Below are positions 1 to 9,350 of a DNA stretch of 64,000 nucleotides, piece after piece. The notes under the pieces are model-generated. The model was given only the letters and a program-made list of their open reading frames with translations. It did no database searches and was not told the DNA's origin. Positions within the stretch are counted from its first letter, which is position 1, and each line of letters starts with the position of its first letter. The translations under genes and the position numbers were made by a program. This DNA is from an uncultured virus (IMG/VR IMGVR_UViG_3300033066_001594) (taxonomy: Duplodnaviria; Heunggongvirae; Uroviricota; Caudoviricetes), in IMG/VR virus record IMGVR_UViG_3300033066_001594. One strand, written 5' to 3'.

Positions 1-131
1 TGTTGAACGTGAACCTGACGCGGGCAGGCGGACGTTGGATGTGCTTTCATTCCGTGGACTTGCTGTGCTATGGACAGACACCAGAAGACGCGTGCAAGGA
101 GTTCGACAAGCTGTTTAAAGAGGGTCGATGA
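1..131 (+). CDS. partial hypothetical protein (3' end)
   Basis: Open frame 3..131 ending CYGQTPEDACKEFDKLFKEGR*; the TGA overlaps the next ATG. Confidence 0.5.
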   Translation, partial: LNVNLTRAGGRWMCFHSVDLLCYGQTPEDACKEFDKLFKEGR

Positions 132-367
132 CGAACGGTCACTTCCACATCTCACTGGACTCTGGCACCTGTATTAACGAGACGCAGTTCGACGTAGCTG
201 TTGCCAAGGCGATGGCCATTGCCAGGGCCGAGGACGGCTCCAGGCCTGTCGAGATCGGGTTTGCCTGTACATACGGTTGTGGTCAGCTGCACCCGATTGT
301 CCCGGCTGACATGGCGACGCTCACGGCTGAGGAGCGTCAGTGGGTCTTCGGGGTCAGTCATCAATGA
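128..367 (+). CDS. hypothetical phage protein
   Basis: ATGA-coupled ORF in the + strand tiling path. Confidence 0.6.
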   Translation: MTNGHFHISLDSGTCINETQFDVAVAKAMAIARAEDGSRPVEIGFACTYGCGQLHPIVPADMATLTAEERQWVFGVSHQ

Positions 368-371
368 GAAC

Positions 372-389
372 TGTCCAACGCGTTGGACA
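372..389. promoter_or_regulatory. palindromic protein-binding site, copy 1 (TGTCCAACGCGTTGGACA)
   Basis: Perfect 18-bp palindrome, intergenic; its 14-bp core recurs exactly at 11724, 21160 and 31158. Confidence 0.6.
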
Positions 390-399
390 AAGGAATGAG

Positions 400-633
400 A
401 TGCTCGTTTTCCTGTTGATCAGCAACACGTTTCCCTACCCGCCGGCTGGGGCGTTCTACGTCAATTTCAAGCACGTCGTCAAAGAGAAGAACTGGGTGCA
501 GTGTGGCACGGAAGAGCAGGCACGCGAGGCTGCGGTTACCAAGGCCAGGCTGGAAGGCTGCTTCGTCCACCGGATCGATGAGGATCTCAAGTCCGTCCGG
601 GTGTATGCACCCGAGGTCCAGGAGGTCATGTGA
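400..633 (+). CDS. hypothetical phage protein
   Basis: AAGGA RBS before ATG 400; overlaps the next start. Confidence 0.55.
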   Translation: MLVFLLISNTFPYPPAGAFYVNFKHVVKEKNWVQCGTEEQAREAAVTKARLEGCFVHRIDEDLKSVRVYAPEVQEVM

Positions 634-953
634 TTGTCAGGGAACCATGTCCGTGCAAGCTCGGATGTGTATGTAACCCGAACTGTCCGTGTGCCAACTC
701 GTTTATGAGCGGCGTGTGCTCGCTGTGTGAAGGCAGGGGGTACATCGAGATCGAGCGTCGGATGACGTTTGGCCCTGCTGACTTGTATCCGGTGTTCACG
801 ATCCCCGACTCCATCCGTCCGAGCGTGGCCAACTTGTTTGGACCACCCAGCCAGAAGATCGCCCAGCAGATCATGAACACGCCGGCTAAGTCCATGTTGC
901 TGCCCCGGATCAAGAAGAACGTGAACAGGCCACGTAGAAAGAAACGCAAATGA
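630..953 (+). CDS. Cys-rich (Zn-finger-like) hypothetical protein
   Basis: CPC..CVC..CPC..CSLCEGRG; basic C-terminus. Confidence 0.55.
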   Translation: MIVREPCPCKLGCVCNPNCPCANSFMSGVCSLCEGRGYIEIERRMTFGPADLYPVFTIPDSIRPSVANLFGPPSQKIAQQIMNTPAKSMLLPRIKKNVNRPRRKKRK

Positions 954-1180
954 GACGTCCGCGTATCACCAAGGCGATTGCCGACGAGCTCGGGGGTCTT
1001 GCCGGTGCGTTCGAGGAGAACGCGAAGGCGGGACGTCCCGAGATCACTGGAGACGACCTGGCGGGTGCCGGGGATGCCTATGTCGGGTGCAAGACGCACC
1101 AGGACGTCCTGCGGGTGGATCAGGCAATCGACTATGCCGGCGAGCTGTTGAGATACCTGGCGAAAAGGACCATCAAATGA
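950..1180 (+). CDS. hypothetical phage protein
   Basis: ATGA overlaps at both ends. Confidence 0.55.
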   Translation: MRRPRITKAIADELGGLAGAFEENAKAGRPEITGDDLAGAGDAYVGCKTHQDVLRVDQAIDYAGELLRYLAKRTIK

Positions 1181-1593
1181 CTGAAGCAGAACTGTTCGTA
1201 GCGAGCATCCCACAGAACCTTGAAGTCGGCATCACCAACGAGACGCTCGACCCGACGGGCACACACAAAGTCGGTGAATGGACGCCCAGTGAGTTCAACG
1301 TGGACGGTAACACCATTCACGTTACGTTCAACGACGGCACCAAGGCCCGGCTCGACGTTTCACTGGGTGAAGGTCCGAAGGACTACAGACTCTTCTGTGG
1401 CAAGCTGTCGGTCGTGATGGGGAAGATGTTCATAGCGTTACAGCAGATCAACAACGTCGCAAGCCTGGCAACAGCCGCCACGACGAACGCTACCGTGCAC
1501 GCCGAACTCAGTGCCGTCAAGACGACGGTCGATGCCGTGTTGAAGGAGTCGCTTGCCGTTCTCCAGGAGTTCGAGTTTACGACCAAGCGATAA
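1177..1593 (+). CDS. hypothetical phage protein
   Basis: ATGA-coupled start MTEAELF. Confidence 0.6.
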   Translation: MTEAELFVASIPQNLEVGITNETLDPTGTHKVGEWTPSEFNVDGNTIHVTFNDGTKARLDVSLGEGPKDYRLFCGKLSVVMGKMFIALQQINNVASLATAATTNATVHAELSAVKTTVDAVLKESLAVLQEFEFTTKR

Positions 1594-1624
1594 GCCTGGT
1601 CGGTTTCTAAAGAAGTAGGGCAAC

Positions 1625-1885
1625 ATGGACAACAACCAGCTCATTGAACTCCAGGCTAAAGTCGCGAAGCTCATGGAAGGCGTCACTGACGGGCCGTGGT
1701 ACCCCAATGGCCAGGAGTTCGACTGCAAGGTCATGCTCCAGAACGGTATGTTCATCGGAGAGTTCGACAGCTTCGCCGACTGTCGTTTTGCCGCCGAAGC
1801 CAGGACGATCATCCCGATGCTTGCCAAGCTCATCGAAGACAACACGCGGCTGGCTGAACTTAAGGCTGGAGATAAACCCAAATGA
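1625..1885 (+). CDS. Ead/Ea22-like phage protein
   Basis: TDGPWY...ADCRFAAEARTIIPML resembles the TPGPW...DA.FIA.AR..VP.L pattern. Confidence 0.5.
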   Translation: MDNNQLIELQAKVAKLMEGVTDGPWYPNGQEFDCKVMLQNGMFIGEFDSFADCRFAAEARTIIPMLAKLIEDNTRLAELKAGDKPK

Positions 1886-2298
1886 AACCGATTATTGTCA
1901 AAGAAGCCGCCGTGCAACAGCCGGTCGCGTACAAGGACGTCGAGTGGACGCACGCTATGTTACGGGACACGTGGCCCAAGGGCGACGGTTCAGTAGTTGA
2001 CGCCCTGCTAACACGTCTCGAGGAACTGGACTGGGTTGCGTGCAAGGACCGGCTGCCAGACCACCCGTGTCAGGTTGAGGTGTGTATTCCCAAGACCTAT
2101 GGCGGCAAACGGACATGGCAGCGGTACTTCATGCAGTACGGGACGGATGTGTGCGACAAGCCAATCGACGGCTTCAGCAACGACAACTGGCATGTCGACG
2201 TGTCGACAGAACGGGCAATCACCGAGCAATGGTACTGGCGGCACCCGACGGAGCCGCCGATGCTGGACGTGAAAGGATCAGATCATGTTGTTGAGTGA
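1882..2298 (+). CDS. hypothetical protein with a DUF551-like motif
   Basis: WVACKDRLP ... YWRHPTEPP. Confidence 0.5.
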   Translation: MKPIIVKEAAVQQPVAYKDVEWTHAMLRDTWPKGDGSVVDALLTRLEELDWVACKDRLPDHPCQVEVCIPKTYGGKRTWQRYFMQYGTDVCDKPIDGFSNDNWHVDVSTERAITEQWYWRHPTEPPMLDVKGSDHVVE

Positions 2299-2680
2299 AC
2301 TGAACGTCACCGTGTGCTACGCCTATGACCCCTGGCAGCCCATGTGGGTCAGGTCCAAGCCGTTGAACAACTGGCAGTTGATCGACGAAGTCGAACAGCG
2401 GTTCACGCTGCCTGTCTCGACGTACTCGTTCGATCTCTGCTGGGACAACCGGGTTTTCGCATTCGATCTCCGGGACCACCACTACGCGGAGAGTAATCCG
2501 CTGGAGTGGCTGGACCTGGACTTCTGGTGGCAGGTCGATCCGCAGGCCTACCACGTGAAGTACGAGATCATCCAGGACGCGACGGTGTACCGCGAAGAAG
2601 AGGACATGGTCTACACGATTCCAGAGCCCAGCGGGCTTGGTCTCCTGGCCTTTGGTTTGTGTCGGCGACGAGGTTACTGA
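2285..2680 (+). CDS. protein with a C-terminal PEP-CTERM-like sorting signal
   Basis: Ends IPEPSGLGLLAFGLCRRRGY (PEP, hydrophobic stretch, Arg cluster). Confidence 0.6.
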   Translation: MLLSELNVTVCYAYDPWQPMWVRSKPLNNWQLIDEVEQRFTLPVSTYSFDLCWDNRVFAFDLRDHHYAESNPLEWLDLDFWWQVDPQAYHVKYEIIQDATVYREEEDMVYTIPEPSGLGLLAFGLCRRRGY

Positions 2681-3015
2681 TGAAAGATGCGAAGCAAACG
2701 ACGACCCAGCGATGGGCTCCGACTCCAGGGATTGAAGTGTTCTACCAGGGACTCGTTCGCTGCACGATCCGCAGGGAGCTTACGGGTATCTTCATCGAAG
2801 CCACAGCCGGCCACGGCAGTGCCGTGGCCGGGATCAGCACCGATCTGGACAACGGTCGCTGGAGAAGGCCCGATATCAACTGGAGCTCGGCCGGTACGAC
2901 AACGACTGAAGGGGCACTGATCTTCGGTCAATGCCTGTCGGCTGCCGTCACGCTTGCCGCCTTGGAATACAGTCACATTCCTATCAAAGACCGATCATCC
3001 AAAAAGCGAAAGTAA
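2680..3015 (+). CDS. hypothetical phage protein
   Basis: TGATG-coupled start MKDAKQ. Confidence 0.55.
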   Translation: MKDAKQTTTQRWAPTPGIEVFYQGLVRCTIRRELTGIFIEATAGHGSAVAGISTDLDNGRWRRPDINWSSAGTTTTEGALIFGQCLSAAVTLAALEYSHIPIKDRSSKKRK

Positions 3016-3022
3016 GTGTCTC

Positions 3023-4000
3023 ATGGCTAAGAAAAAGAAGACCGCGATCCGTAAGTTCGTCAAACGAGTGCACAAGCGGGCCGCGAAGCAGGCGGTCAAG
3101 CCCAAGGCGATCACCTTGTCCCTGGGTAACAACATCAACATCACGCTCGACTTCATTGACAAATCGGCGACGTTTGTCGGCTGGGGTCGTCCCGTTGAAC
3201 GTGATTCAGGCCGACCGTTCGACGTGGCAATGGACATGCTGTCGACGGTCCTAGTAGCTCTGATGGGTGCGGGCGTTGACCTGAGTGCGAATGCCAGGCT
3301 CCAGAACGCGATGTTTGTGATCAGCGATTACATCCTGAACCATTTCGGCGATGACACGGTGAAGTCGAAAGACACGGTCAGCCGCTCTGACCTGGTGATT
3401 AAAGCTGCGACCCGCCTGTTGACGGGTCTGCTGCGTAAGGATTTCAACGGCTGCACGTATTACGACGGTATTCAGGGCGACGCGGAGAAGGAGCTAGGGC
3501 ATGCCCTACTACTTCCAGCGGATTCGCCGCCGCCGGTCGGCTTGGACCTGACGGTCCTACAGTACGCAAATTATCGACGCAGCAGACAGTGGGATCCGCG
3601 GAACAAGATCACGCTCCTGTTTCATTCCAACGAGCTTGCCGGTGAGGCTGGAGAAGCTGCCAACGTCGTCAAGAAGATGGAGCGGGAAGCGATGGGCCTT
3701 CCAGGTTCACGGGCGACGACCCAGGACCTGGGGAGTGAGCTAGCGGATGTCGTCATCTGTGCCAGTTTGACGGCGAACAAGGCGGGCATCGATCTGCCGA
3801 CTGCTGTGATCAAGAAGTTCAACGAGACATCGCGGGAGAAGGGTTTCACGATCTTCCTCCCAGATCCAACGCCAGAGCCCGTACCAGAACCCCTGTCAGG
3901 GCCTAAGACGTCCCAGATCATCTGTGATCACGTCTGGCATGCGTATCCGGAACTGCTACCGCCTTGCCCCAAGTGTGGGCTGGAAAGAACTAGAGGTTGA
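3023..4000 (+). CDS. mazG: MazG-like nucleotide pyrophosphohydrolase domain protein with an N-terminal extension
   Basis: NELAGEAGEAANVVKK...DLGSELADVVI...IDL..AVIKKFNETS carries the ExxE...ExxD all-alpha NTP-PPase motif. Confidence 0.8.
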   Translation: MAKKKKTAIRKFVKRVHKRAAKQAVKPKAITLSLGNNINITLDFIDKSATFVGWGRPVERDSGRPFDVAMDMLSTVLVALMGAGVDLSANARLQNAMFVISDYILNHFGDDTVKSKDTVSRSDLVIKAATRLLTGLLRKDFNGCTYYDGIQGDAEKELGHALLLPADSPPPVGLDLTVLQYANYRRSRQWDPRNKITLLFHSNELAGEAGEAANVVKKMEREAMGLPGSRATTQDLGSELADVVICASLTANKAGIDLPTAVIKKFNETSREKGFTIFLPDPTPEPVPEPLSGPKTSQIICDHVWHAYPELLPPCPKCGLERTRG

Positions 4001-4003
4001 GTC

Positions 4004-4324
4004 ATGTGGGTCAACATTTCCGACAAAGAGATTGAGGCGGCCGTTAAGGCTTTACAGGGGCCGTGTCCAGCTATCGCTGAGAGGATCCTCGCCGAACAGA
4101 AGCAGCTGACGGATCTGACCCGGTGTCAGTTCGTCAACCATGCGGAAGAGAAGTACGGCGAAGAGGGTGACGATCGGGAGATCAACATCGACGAGGATGC
4201 AGTGGTTTGTGAGAGTGATGATCATTCGTTCGTCATGGCCTGGGTGTACGTCACGAAGTCTGAAATCGGTCTCACGTCTGAAGAGGACGAAGACGACGAT
4301 GAAGATGACGAGGACGAGGGTTGA
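4004..4324 (+). CDS. hypothetical phage protein with an acidic tail
   Basis: EINIDEDAVV...FVMAWVYV; RBS GAGG. Confidence 0.65.
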   Translation: MWVNISDKEIEAAVKALQGPCPAIAERILAEQKQLTDLTRCQFVNHAEEKYGEEGDDREINIDEDAVVCESDDHSFVMAWVYVTKSEIGLTSEEDEDDDEDDEDEG

Positions 4325-4424
4325 CCCAAGTGCGACCCGGACTGCCTGGGCAAGGCTGAAGACAACCACGACGCCTGTGAGTGGCCACCTGGAATGCTCG
4401 ACAAAATGCAGAAGGAAATGAAAC

Positions 4425-4688
4425 GTGAAAACTAACATGAAGACGATCAGGAACGTGTTGTTCGAAGAAGGATTCTCGTGCTCACGCATCGACGAGATCA
4501 TGTCGAAGCTCGACCAGTCACTCCAACAAACAGGTGAGCAGACCGAGATGCCGTACCTGGAGCTTTCAAACGGCGAGCGGGTCACGGTCGGCGAGTTCGT
4601 TTATACGGATCACTGTTGCACGTATGTCGTGTCCAGGTTTCATCCATTGACGGTGTGGTTCATTTATGATGGACCTCTGGGGTCGTGA
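4425..4688 (+). CDS. hypothetical phage protein
   Basis: + strand tiling ORF. Confidence 0.5.
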   Translation: MKTNMKTIRNVLFEEGFSCSRIDEIMSKLDQSLQQTGEQTEMPYLELSNGERVTVGEFVYTDHCCTYVVSRFHPLTVWFIYDGPLGS

Positions 4689-4953
4689 TCACTGGAGCAC
4701 ACTGGCTTACATCGAGACGGTCATGGTGGACTGCAAGGGCTTCCAGATCGGCCAGGACGGTCACGACGACTGGATGTGCCTGCAGGACATGGCTGAAGCT
4801 GGTCTGTTCACCTGTGACGTGTTTGGCGTGCAGCCCGGTACCGTGCTCAAGTTGTCGCCCAAGGGTCAACGGATCGTAGCAGAGCTCCGGGCTCACAAAG
4901 CCGAGGGCGGCAGTCTCGATCAGTTCAAACTCAAGCTCGACCAGGAGTACTAA
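4666..4953 (+). CDS. hypothetical phage protein
   Basis: WGRDHWSTLAYIET...HDDWMCLQD. Confidence 0.6.
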   Translation: MMDLWGRDHWSTLAYIETVMVDCKGFQIGQDGHDDWMCLQDMAEAGLFTCDVFGVQPGTVLKLSPKGQRIVAELRAHKAEGGSLDQFKLKLDQEY

Positions 4954-5564
4954 TGTCTGCTGGTGTAGACACACGTGAAGTCTGGATGCTCAAACTCAGT
5001 TACTGGGGTCTGCTGCCTGAGGGCGTACGTCCTTTCAGGCGGACCAGCTTCCTTGCTGAAGATAAACCAGGAGCCTATGAGCCACGATTTTTCTCGTTCA
5101 GACACAAGCCGACACGATCTGATCTTGCGACGGTGCTCAAAAGGACCTATTGGATGAATGGCGGTGCCTTCGACGCCGAGCTGGACGCAATCAATCGGTC
5201 CGAGTTCCCGCTGGTAACTGAGACGTGTAAAGCCGCCAGGGTAGACCTGAAAGATGAATCGTCCAACGTTGTTGGACGAATCGAGGTCGACCGGGAGGTG
5301 ATGTACGAGAACAGGTACCGCGTCATCCCGTACATCGGTCACGACGACATCAAGCAGGTCCTGCGTTATGTACCCAAGGTGAAGCGAGAGGCCGCAGTCA
5401 AGCTGATCGATGGCCACCACAGACGCCTGGTGGAGAGAGTCCTGGACGAGCACGAGACGCGTCAGGCTCTGGTCAGCGAACACCTGGTTTGTGATTCCGT
5501 CATCGTGCAGGCCTGTCTTCGTAAGTTCCTGCGTGAGCAGGGCATTATCAAGGGCAAGTCATGA
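4953..5564 (+). CDS. hypothetical phage protein
   Basis: TAATG-coupled 203-aa ORF. Confidence 0.65.
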   Translation: MSAGVDTREVWMLKLSYWGLLPEGVRPFRRTSFLAEDKPGAYEPRFFSFRHKPTRSDLATVLKRTYWMNGGAFDAELDAINRSEFPLVTETCKAARVDLKDESSNVVGRIEVDREVMYENRYRVIPYIGHDDIKQVLRYVPKVKREAAVKLIDGHHRRLVERVLDEHETRQALVSEHLVCDSVIVQACLRKFLREQGIIKGKS

Positions 5565-5953
5565 AAGTCTACATGTACCGGGCCGCCCTCTACTGTGAGG
5601 CGTGCGGTCAGGCGATCCGTGAGCAGCTGGACAAAGACGACAAGCGACCGGAGCAACACACCGACGAGACGACCTACGATTCTGACGATTATCCGAAGGG
5701 TCCGTACAAAGATGGCGGCGGAAAGGCTGACTGCTTTCAGCACTGTGACGCTTGTCACGTGTTCCTCGCCAACCCGCTGACGGAAGACGGCATTCAGTAC
5801 ACGCTGACCGCGTTGGCAGAGTACATGAGCAACGGTCGAGGGAGAACCGAAGTGCTCGACGCCTGGGCCCAGGAGCTGCTGAAGTACTTCCAGTGGATGA
5901 AGCGGTCGGACTTCGACAAGGTTGGCAAGTACCTGAACTTCAGAAAGAAATGA
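5561..5953 (+). CDS. Zn-finger hypothetical protein
   Basis: YCEAC...HCDAC...NPLTEDG. Confidence 0.65.
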   Translation: MKVYMYRAALYCEACGQAIREQLDKDDKRPEQHTDETTYDSDDYPKGPYKDGGGKADCFQHCDACHVFLANPLTEDGIQYTLTALAEYMSNGRGRTEVLDAWAQELLKYFQWMKRSDFDKVGKYLNFRKK

Positions 5954-6183
5954 CCATGGCCACATCCAAGTACCAGTGCAAGTTCGAAGAGGACGACAGT
6001 CCTATTTCCGTTGTCGAGGCCGACTCTCCAAAGGACGCGGCGATCGCGTTTGCAGAGCCACGCGTTGACCGGTCGTTCGGTGACTGGACGTACGTGGACG
6101 TTCGGCCCGTCATCAAGGGTCGGAAGAACATCAACTGGACGCGGATCAGGGTGAATATCAACCACGGGCCGTCTTGCTCCTGA
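5950..6183 (+). CDS. hypothetical phage protein
   Basis: ATGA-coupled; VVEADSPKDAA. Confidence 0.55.
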   Translation: MTMATSKYQCKFEEDDSPISVVEADSPKDAAIAFAEPRVDRSFGDWTYVDVRPVIKGRKNINWTRIRVNINHGPSCS

Positions 6184-6192
6184 GAGGCTGCT

Positions 6193-6537
6193 ATGGGATA
6201 CGCATCGATTTGTCACGTGCCATTTGCTGTCAGGAAACAACTTGTCGAGCTGGGAGCGGTCACCGCTCGCATGTCAGTTATCCGCCAGTCTTATCAGGCG
6301 GGCACCAGCCCGTTCACAGACCTCGTTTACTTCTTTGATGCTCAAGGCAACGAAGTGGGTTACTGGTCGATTTTGAACGACGTGTGCGGCACACCTCCGA
6401 CCGTGTTTAAACCTAACTACCGCGTATGGGATCCTGACCTCCTGTCGAGAATGACCAGCTGTCATATCGGCGTGTACCCAGAGCCAACTGAGGAGCCACG
6501 TGGCCAAGAAGAAAAAGACCGTCGTTCTGGTGACTGA
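6193..6537 (+). CDS. hypothetical phage protein
   Basis: GAGG RBS; tiling ORF. Confidence 0.55.
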   Translation: MGYASICHVPFAVRKQLVELGAVTARMSVIRQSYQAGTSPFTDLVYFFDAQGNEVGYWSILNDVCGTPPTVFKPNYRVWDPDLLSRMTSCHIGVYPEPTEEPRGQEEKDRRSGD

Positions 6538-7030
6538 AGTCGAGGGGCTGACCGACGCGGTTACAGGAACTGTCTACGCGATCGTGACGCTGACCGTGGA
6601 GAGTGCGATCGCGATGTTGCGGATGAGAAGTCTGTGGCAGATGTGTGCGATGCACATGGGCAAGGACTTTGCACTCTATGGAATCGAGTGCTGGGACTAC
6701 CAGGTCGAGTACTTCTGCAAGATCACGCAGCCCGGGTATGCGGATGAACCGCCCTCCGTCGTATCCGAGGGTGTCTGGTGTGTCGCCGGCCGCGGGATCG
6801 CTGGCCAGCCGGCGGACGACACGATGTTCGGTACCGATGTGTTCAATGCCGAAGCCTGCCGTATGCAGATCAGGGACCAGGGGATCACGTGGACAGGCTA
6901 CGTGAAGTACGTGGATAACTGTCCGGAGTTCTCGATGCCTGAGCTGACGTGGAGTGACCTTGAGGCGATCGCCCGGGGTGATAAGCCACAGCTGACAGTA
7001 CTTAACGCAAGAAAGAGTCGAGCGAAATGA
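6500..7030 (+). CDS. hypothetical protein, paralogue family A
   Basis: GAGGAG RBS; shares motifs with 17866 and 18355. Confidence 0.65.
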   Translation: MAKKKKTVVLVTEVEGLTDAVTGTVYAIVTLTVESAIAMLRMRSLWQMCAMHMGKDFALYGIECWDYQVEYFCKITQPGYADEPPSVVSEGVWCVAGRGIAGQPADDTMFGTDVFNAEACRMQIRDQGITWTGYVKYVDNCPEFSMPELTWSDLEAIARGDKPQLTVLNARKSRAK

Positions 7031-7557
7031 AGTACCGCAAGAAGCCCATCGTGATCGAAGCTGAGCAATTTCATCCGGATAAACTGCCGCTGCCTTTTCA
7101 TGAACGGTCGGCGTGTAACCTCGGACCAAACGGCTGGTACGTCGTGACAGCCCACGGACAAGAGACAGTAATTGTTGCAGGAGACTGGATTATTCCTGAA
7201 CCAGACGGCCGTGGTTTCTATCCGTGCAAGCCTGACATTTTTGAAGCAACCTATGAGTCCGCGGACACGACACCGGCCAAGACAACTGATCTGACGATCA
7301 GCGTGAGCCTGGTGGATCAAGCCGAAGCTACGCTGCCCACGCTACCAGCGACTGTGAGCGTGACGCCAAACCGGCTGCTCATCAAGTTCGAAGGCTACGG
7401 CGAGCGGACCGCGATAACGAATGAGGGCTGGCCCGTGCTCGTCGAGCTGTACAACGGCCAGCCCAAGGTGTTCATCTGGGCGGACATCAAACAGGAAGAT
7501 CCCACGCACATCGTGAACCTGGAAGACGCGGCAGAGTCCAAACGACCACCCGATTAA
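7027..7557 (+). CDS. PGDYG-like phage protein with a C-terminal extension
   Basis: MKYRKKPIVIEAEQF...GDWII..PDG.GFYPCKPDIFEATYE. Confidence 0.75.
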   Translation: MKYRKKPIVIEAEQFHPDKLPLPFHERSACNLGPNGWYVVTAHGQETVIVAGDWIIPEPDGRGFYPCKPDIFEATYESADTTPAKTTDLTISVSLVDQAEATLPTLPATVSVTPNRLLIKFEGYGERTAITNEGWPVLVELYNGQPKVFIWADIKQEDPTHIVNLEDAAESKRPPD

Positions 7558-7563
7558 CCCATC

Positions 7564-8226
7564 GTGAGGCAAAACGTGGCAAAGAAAATTGAACACCAGA
7601 ACGGTGACCTGAAGGTCTGGCACACACCACAAATCCCCGGCAAGCCGTTCGAAGTTGACGTCGAGAACCTGGTCGAGGCCCGGCTGATTCTCGATGCCCT
7701 GGCTGACTACGACGACTTCCAGTTCAAGAACAAGATCAGGCCCGACTACTCCAACGCCAATGGTCTTGTCTCTTGCGTAAACGGGGAGTGGGAGGATTTC
7801 GATCCTGACTCCATGGACGGGTTTGTTCAGGCGGTCTTGTATCTGTTCCCGGATGTCGACACGATCTCCTGTGAGTTCTGGCGGACTAACATGACCGTCG
7901 AGCAACTGCGGCAGGTCTGTCAGCAGATGGAAGAGGACAACGAAGGTCTGCTCTTCTTCCGTTACAAGTATGTCAGTGTCTACTCCACGATCTGGAAGAA
8001 CGACTGCACGTCAGACTTCTGGTTCTCGACGACGGATGGTCAGGACAGCGATGACAGCGGCACCTTCGACGTTCGTGATATCCCGCCGATCCCAGAAGCG
8101 AAGCAGGCCAAGTACGAATCCATGCATCCGGACGACCGTACCAAGCAGACGCTGGCCTGGGCCATCAACAACGGCTGGCTCACGGACACCGGCCTGAAAT
8201 TGCCTAAGAAAAAGAAGAGGAAGTGA
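7564..8226 (+). CDS. P22 gp17-like (superinfection-exclusion related) domain fused to a second domain
   Basis: LKVWHTPQIPGKPFEVDV...DALADYDDFQFKNKIRPDYSNANGL matches my recollection of P22 gp17. Confidence 0.65.
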   Translation: MRQNVAKKIEHQNGDLKVWHTPQIPGKPFEVDVENLVEARLILDALADYDDFQFKNKIRPDYSNANGLVSCVNGEWEDFDPDSMDGFVQAVLYLFPDVDTISCEFWRTNMTVEQLRQVCQQMEEDNEGLLFFRYKYVSVYSTIWKNDCTSDFWFSTTDGQDSDDSGTFDVRDIPPIPEAKQAKYESMHPDDRTKQTLAWAINNGWLTDTGLKLPKKKKRK

Positions 8227-8230
8227 CGCT

Positions 8231-8431
8231 ATGGCAGCACGCAAACGCAAGACGATCCTGGACGAGTTGAATCAGCCGCTTCCGAGTGACCGGTCGGTTC
8301 GCAAGGCCTACCGGCTGATCAAGGCCGTTCACAAGGTGATGAACAGGGATGAATGGGACTCTGACACGACGGCGTCTATTGCCGGCATCCTGAGCAAGTA
8401 CGGGCTCACGTTCAAGGACCCCAACGAGTGA
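8231..8431 (+). CDS. hypothetical phage protein
   Basis: EWDSDT...IAGILSKYG. Confidence 0.55.
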   Translation: MAARKRKTILDELNQPLPSDRSVRKAYRLIKAVHKVMNRDEWDSDTTASIAGILSKYGLTFKDPNE

Positions 8432-8784
8432 CGATCAAGCAGCTCTACCAGCCCATGGGCTCGAAGCAGTGCGGCCAGACATGCGTGGCGATGATCGCGG
8501 GGGTCACCGTCGAAGAGGTCGTGAAGCTTATCGGGAAGAAGGGCAGGACAACGCATAACGACTGGCGAAAGGCGTTACAGGTGTACGGGTTCGACGTCCT
8601 GGAAAAACGCCGCGTGTCAAACAAGCGTCCGTTCCCAGACCTGTGTATCGCTATCCAGAAACAACCGGGACACAACGTGCGTCACGCCTTCGTGATGTAC
8701 AAGGGTCAGATCTACGACCCCAGACCTCTTGATCACCTCGCGTGGCCAATTACCTCTTACGTAAGAGTGGTGGCTAACCGATGA
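8428..8784 (+). CDS. papain-fold C39-like peptidase
   Basis: Q....CGQTCVAMIAG (catalytic Cys) and HAFVMYKGQIYDP (His, Asp). Confidence 0.7.
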   Translation: MTIKQLYQPMGSKQCGQTCVAMIAGVTVEEVVKLIGKKGRTTHNDWRKALQVYGFDVLEKRRVSNKRPFPDLCIAIQKQPGHNVRHAFVMYKGQIYDPRPLDHLAWPITSYVRVVANR

Positions 8785-9071
8785 ATCCGAAGATCAACAT
8801 CATCCGGCTCAACTGTGACGGGAACTACGAAACGCAGCTCGTGACTTTTGATCATGAGCGGGCCAGGGCCAAGTACGCGGAGCTGATGAAAAAGACCGTG
8901 CAGCCTTTTGCCATTATCAACGAGACCTCGGCCAAGCCCGATGAGATCACGGGCTTTCGCGTTGTCGACGACGGCGATCAGTCCTACGTCGAGATCGAGA
9001 ACCACTGGTACGAGATGCGGGATTCGATGGGCGACCTCCAGGTGATCTGGGAAGTCGAAGAGGTGGTGTGA
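8781..9071 (+). CDS. hypothetical phage protein
   Basis: ATGA-coupled. Confidence 0.6.
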   Translation: MNPKINIIRLNCDGNYETQLVTFDHERARAKYAELMKKTVQPFAIINETSAKPDEITGFRVVDDGDQSYVEIENHWYEMRDSMGDLQVIWEVEEVV

Positions 9072-9073
9072 TT

Positions 9074-9331
9074 ATGTCAGACAAAGTTACACAACGAGGA
9101 AACGCGGCGGATCAACCCACAATGTCGTATCGCTACGAGTCGACAGCCTGTAACCCGATCGACATCGAGATTGAAGAGCCGTGGGTCATTATTCGTAATG
9201 ATCCGGATGCCACGGACGGACACGACGAGTTAACGGCCGTCGTCGGCACAGAGTCCATGGCTGAAGCTTTCTGTGTGATCCTAAACCAGGGTTTAACTGC
9301 GGCCGATCTCAAGAAGCTACTCAAGTGCTAA
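9074..9331 (+). CDS. hypothetical phage protein
   Basis: GAGG RBS; tiling ORF. Confidence 0.55.
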   Translation: MSDKVTQRGNAADQPTMSYRYESTACNPIDIEIEEPWVIIRNDPDATDGHDELTAVVGTESMAEAFCVILNQGLTAADLKKLLKC

Positions 9332-9350
9332 TGCTCGTACGGCACGCCAA

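Noticed and set aside
5259..5279. TCGTCCAAC-GTT-GTTGGACGA, a near copy of the recurring palindrome
   Set aside because: The spacer is one base longer, it lies mid-CDS and it is off the spacing pattern, so it is not counted, although it may be a degenerate site.
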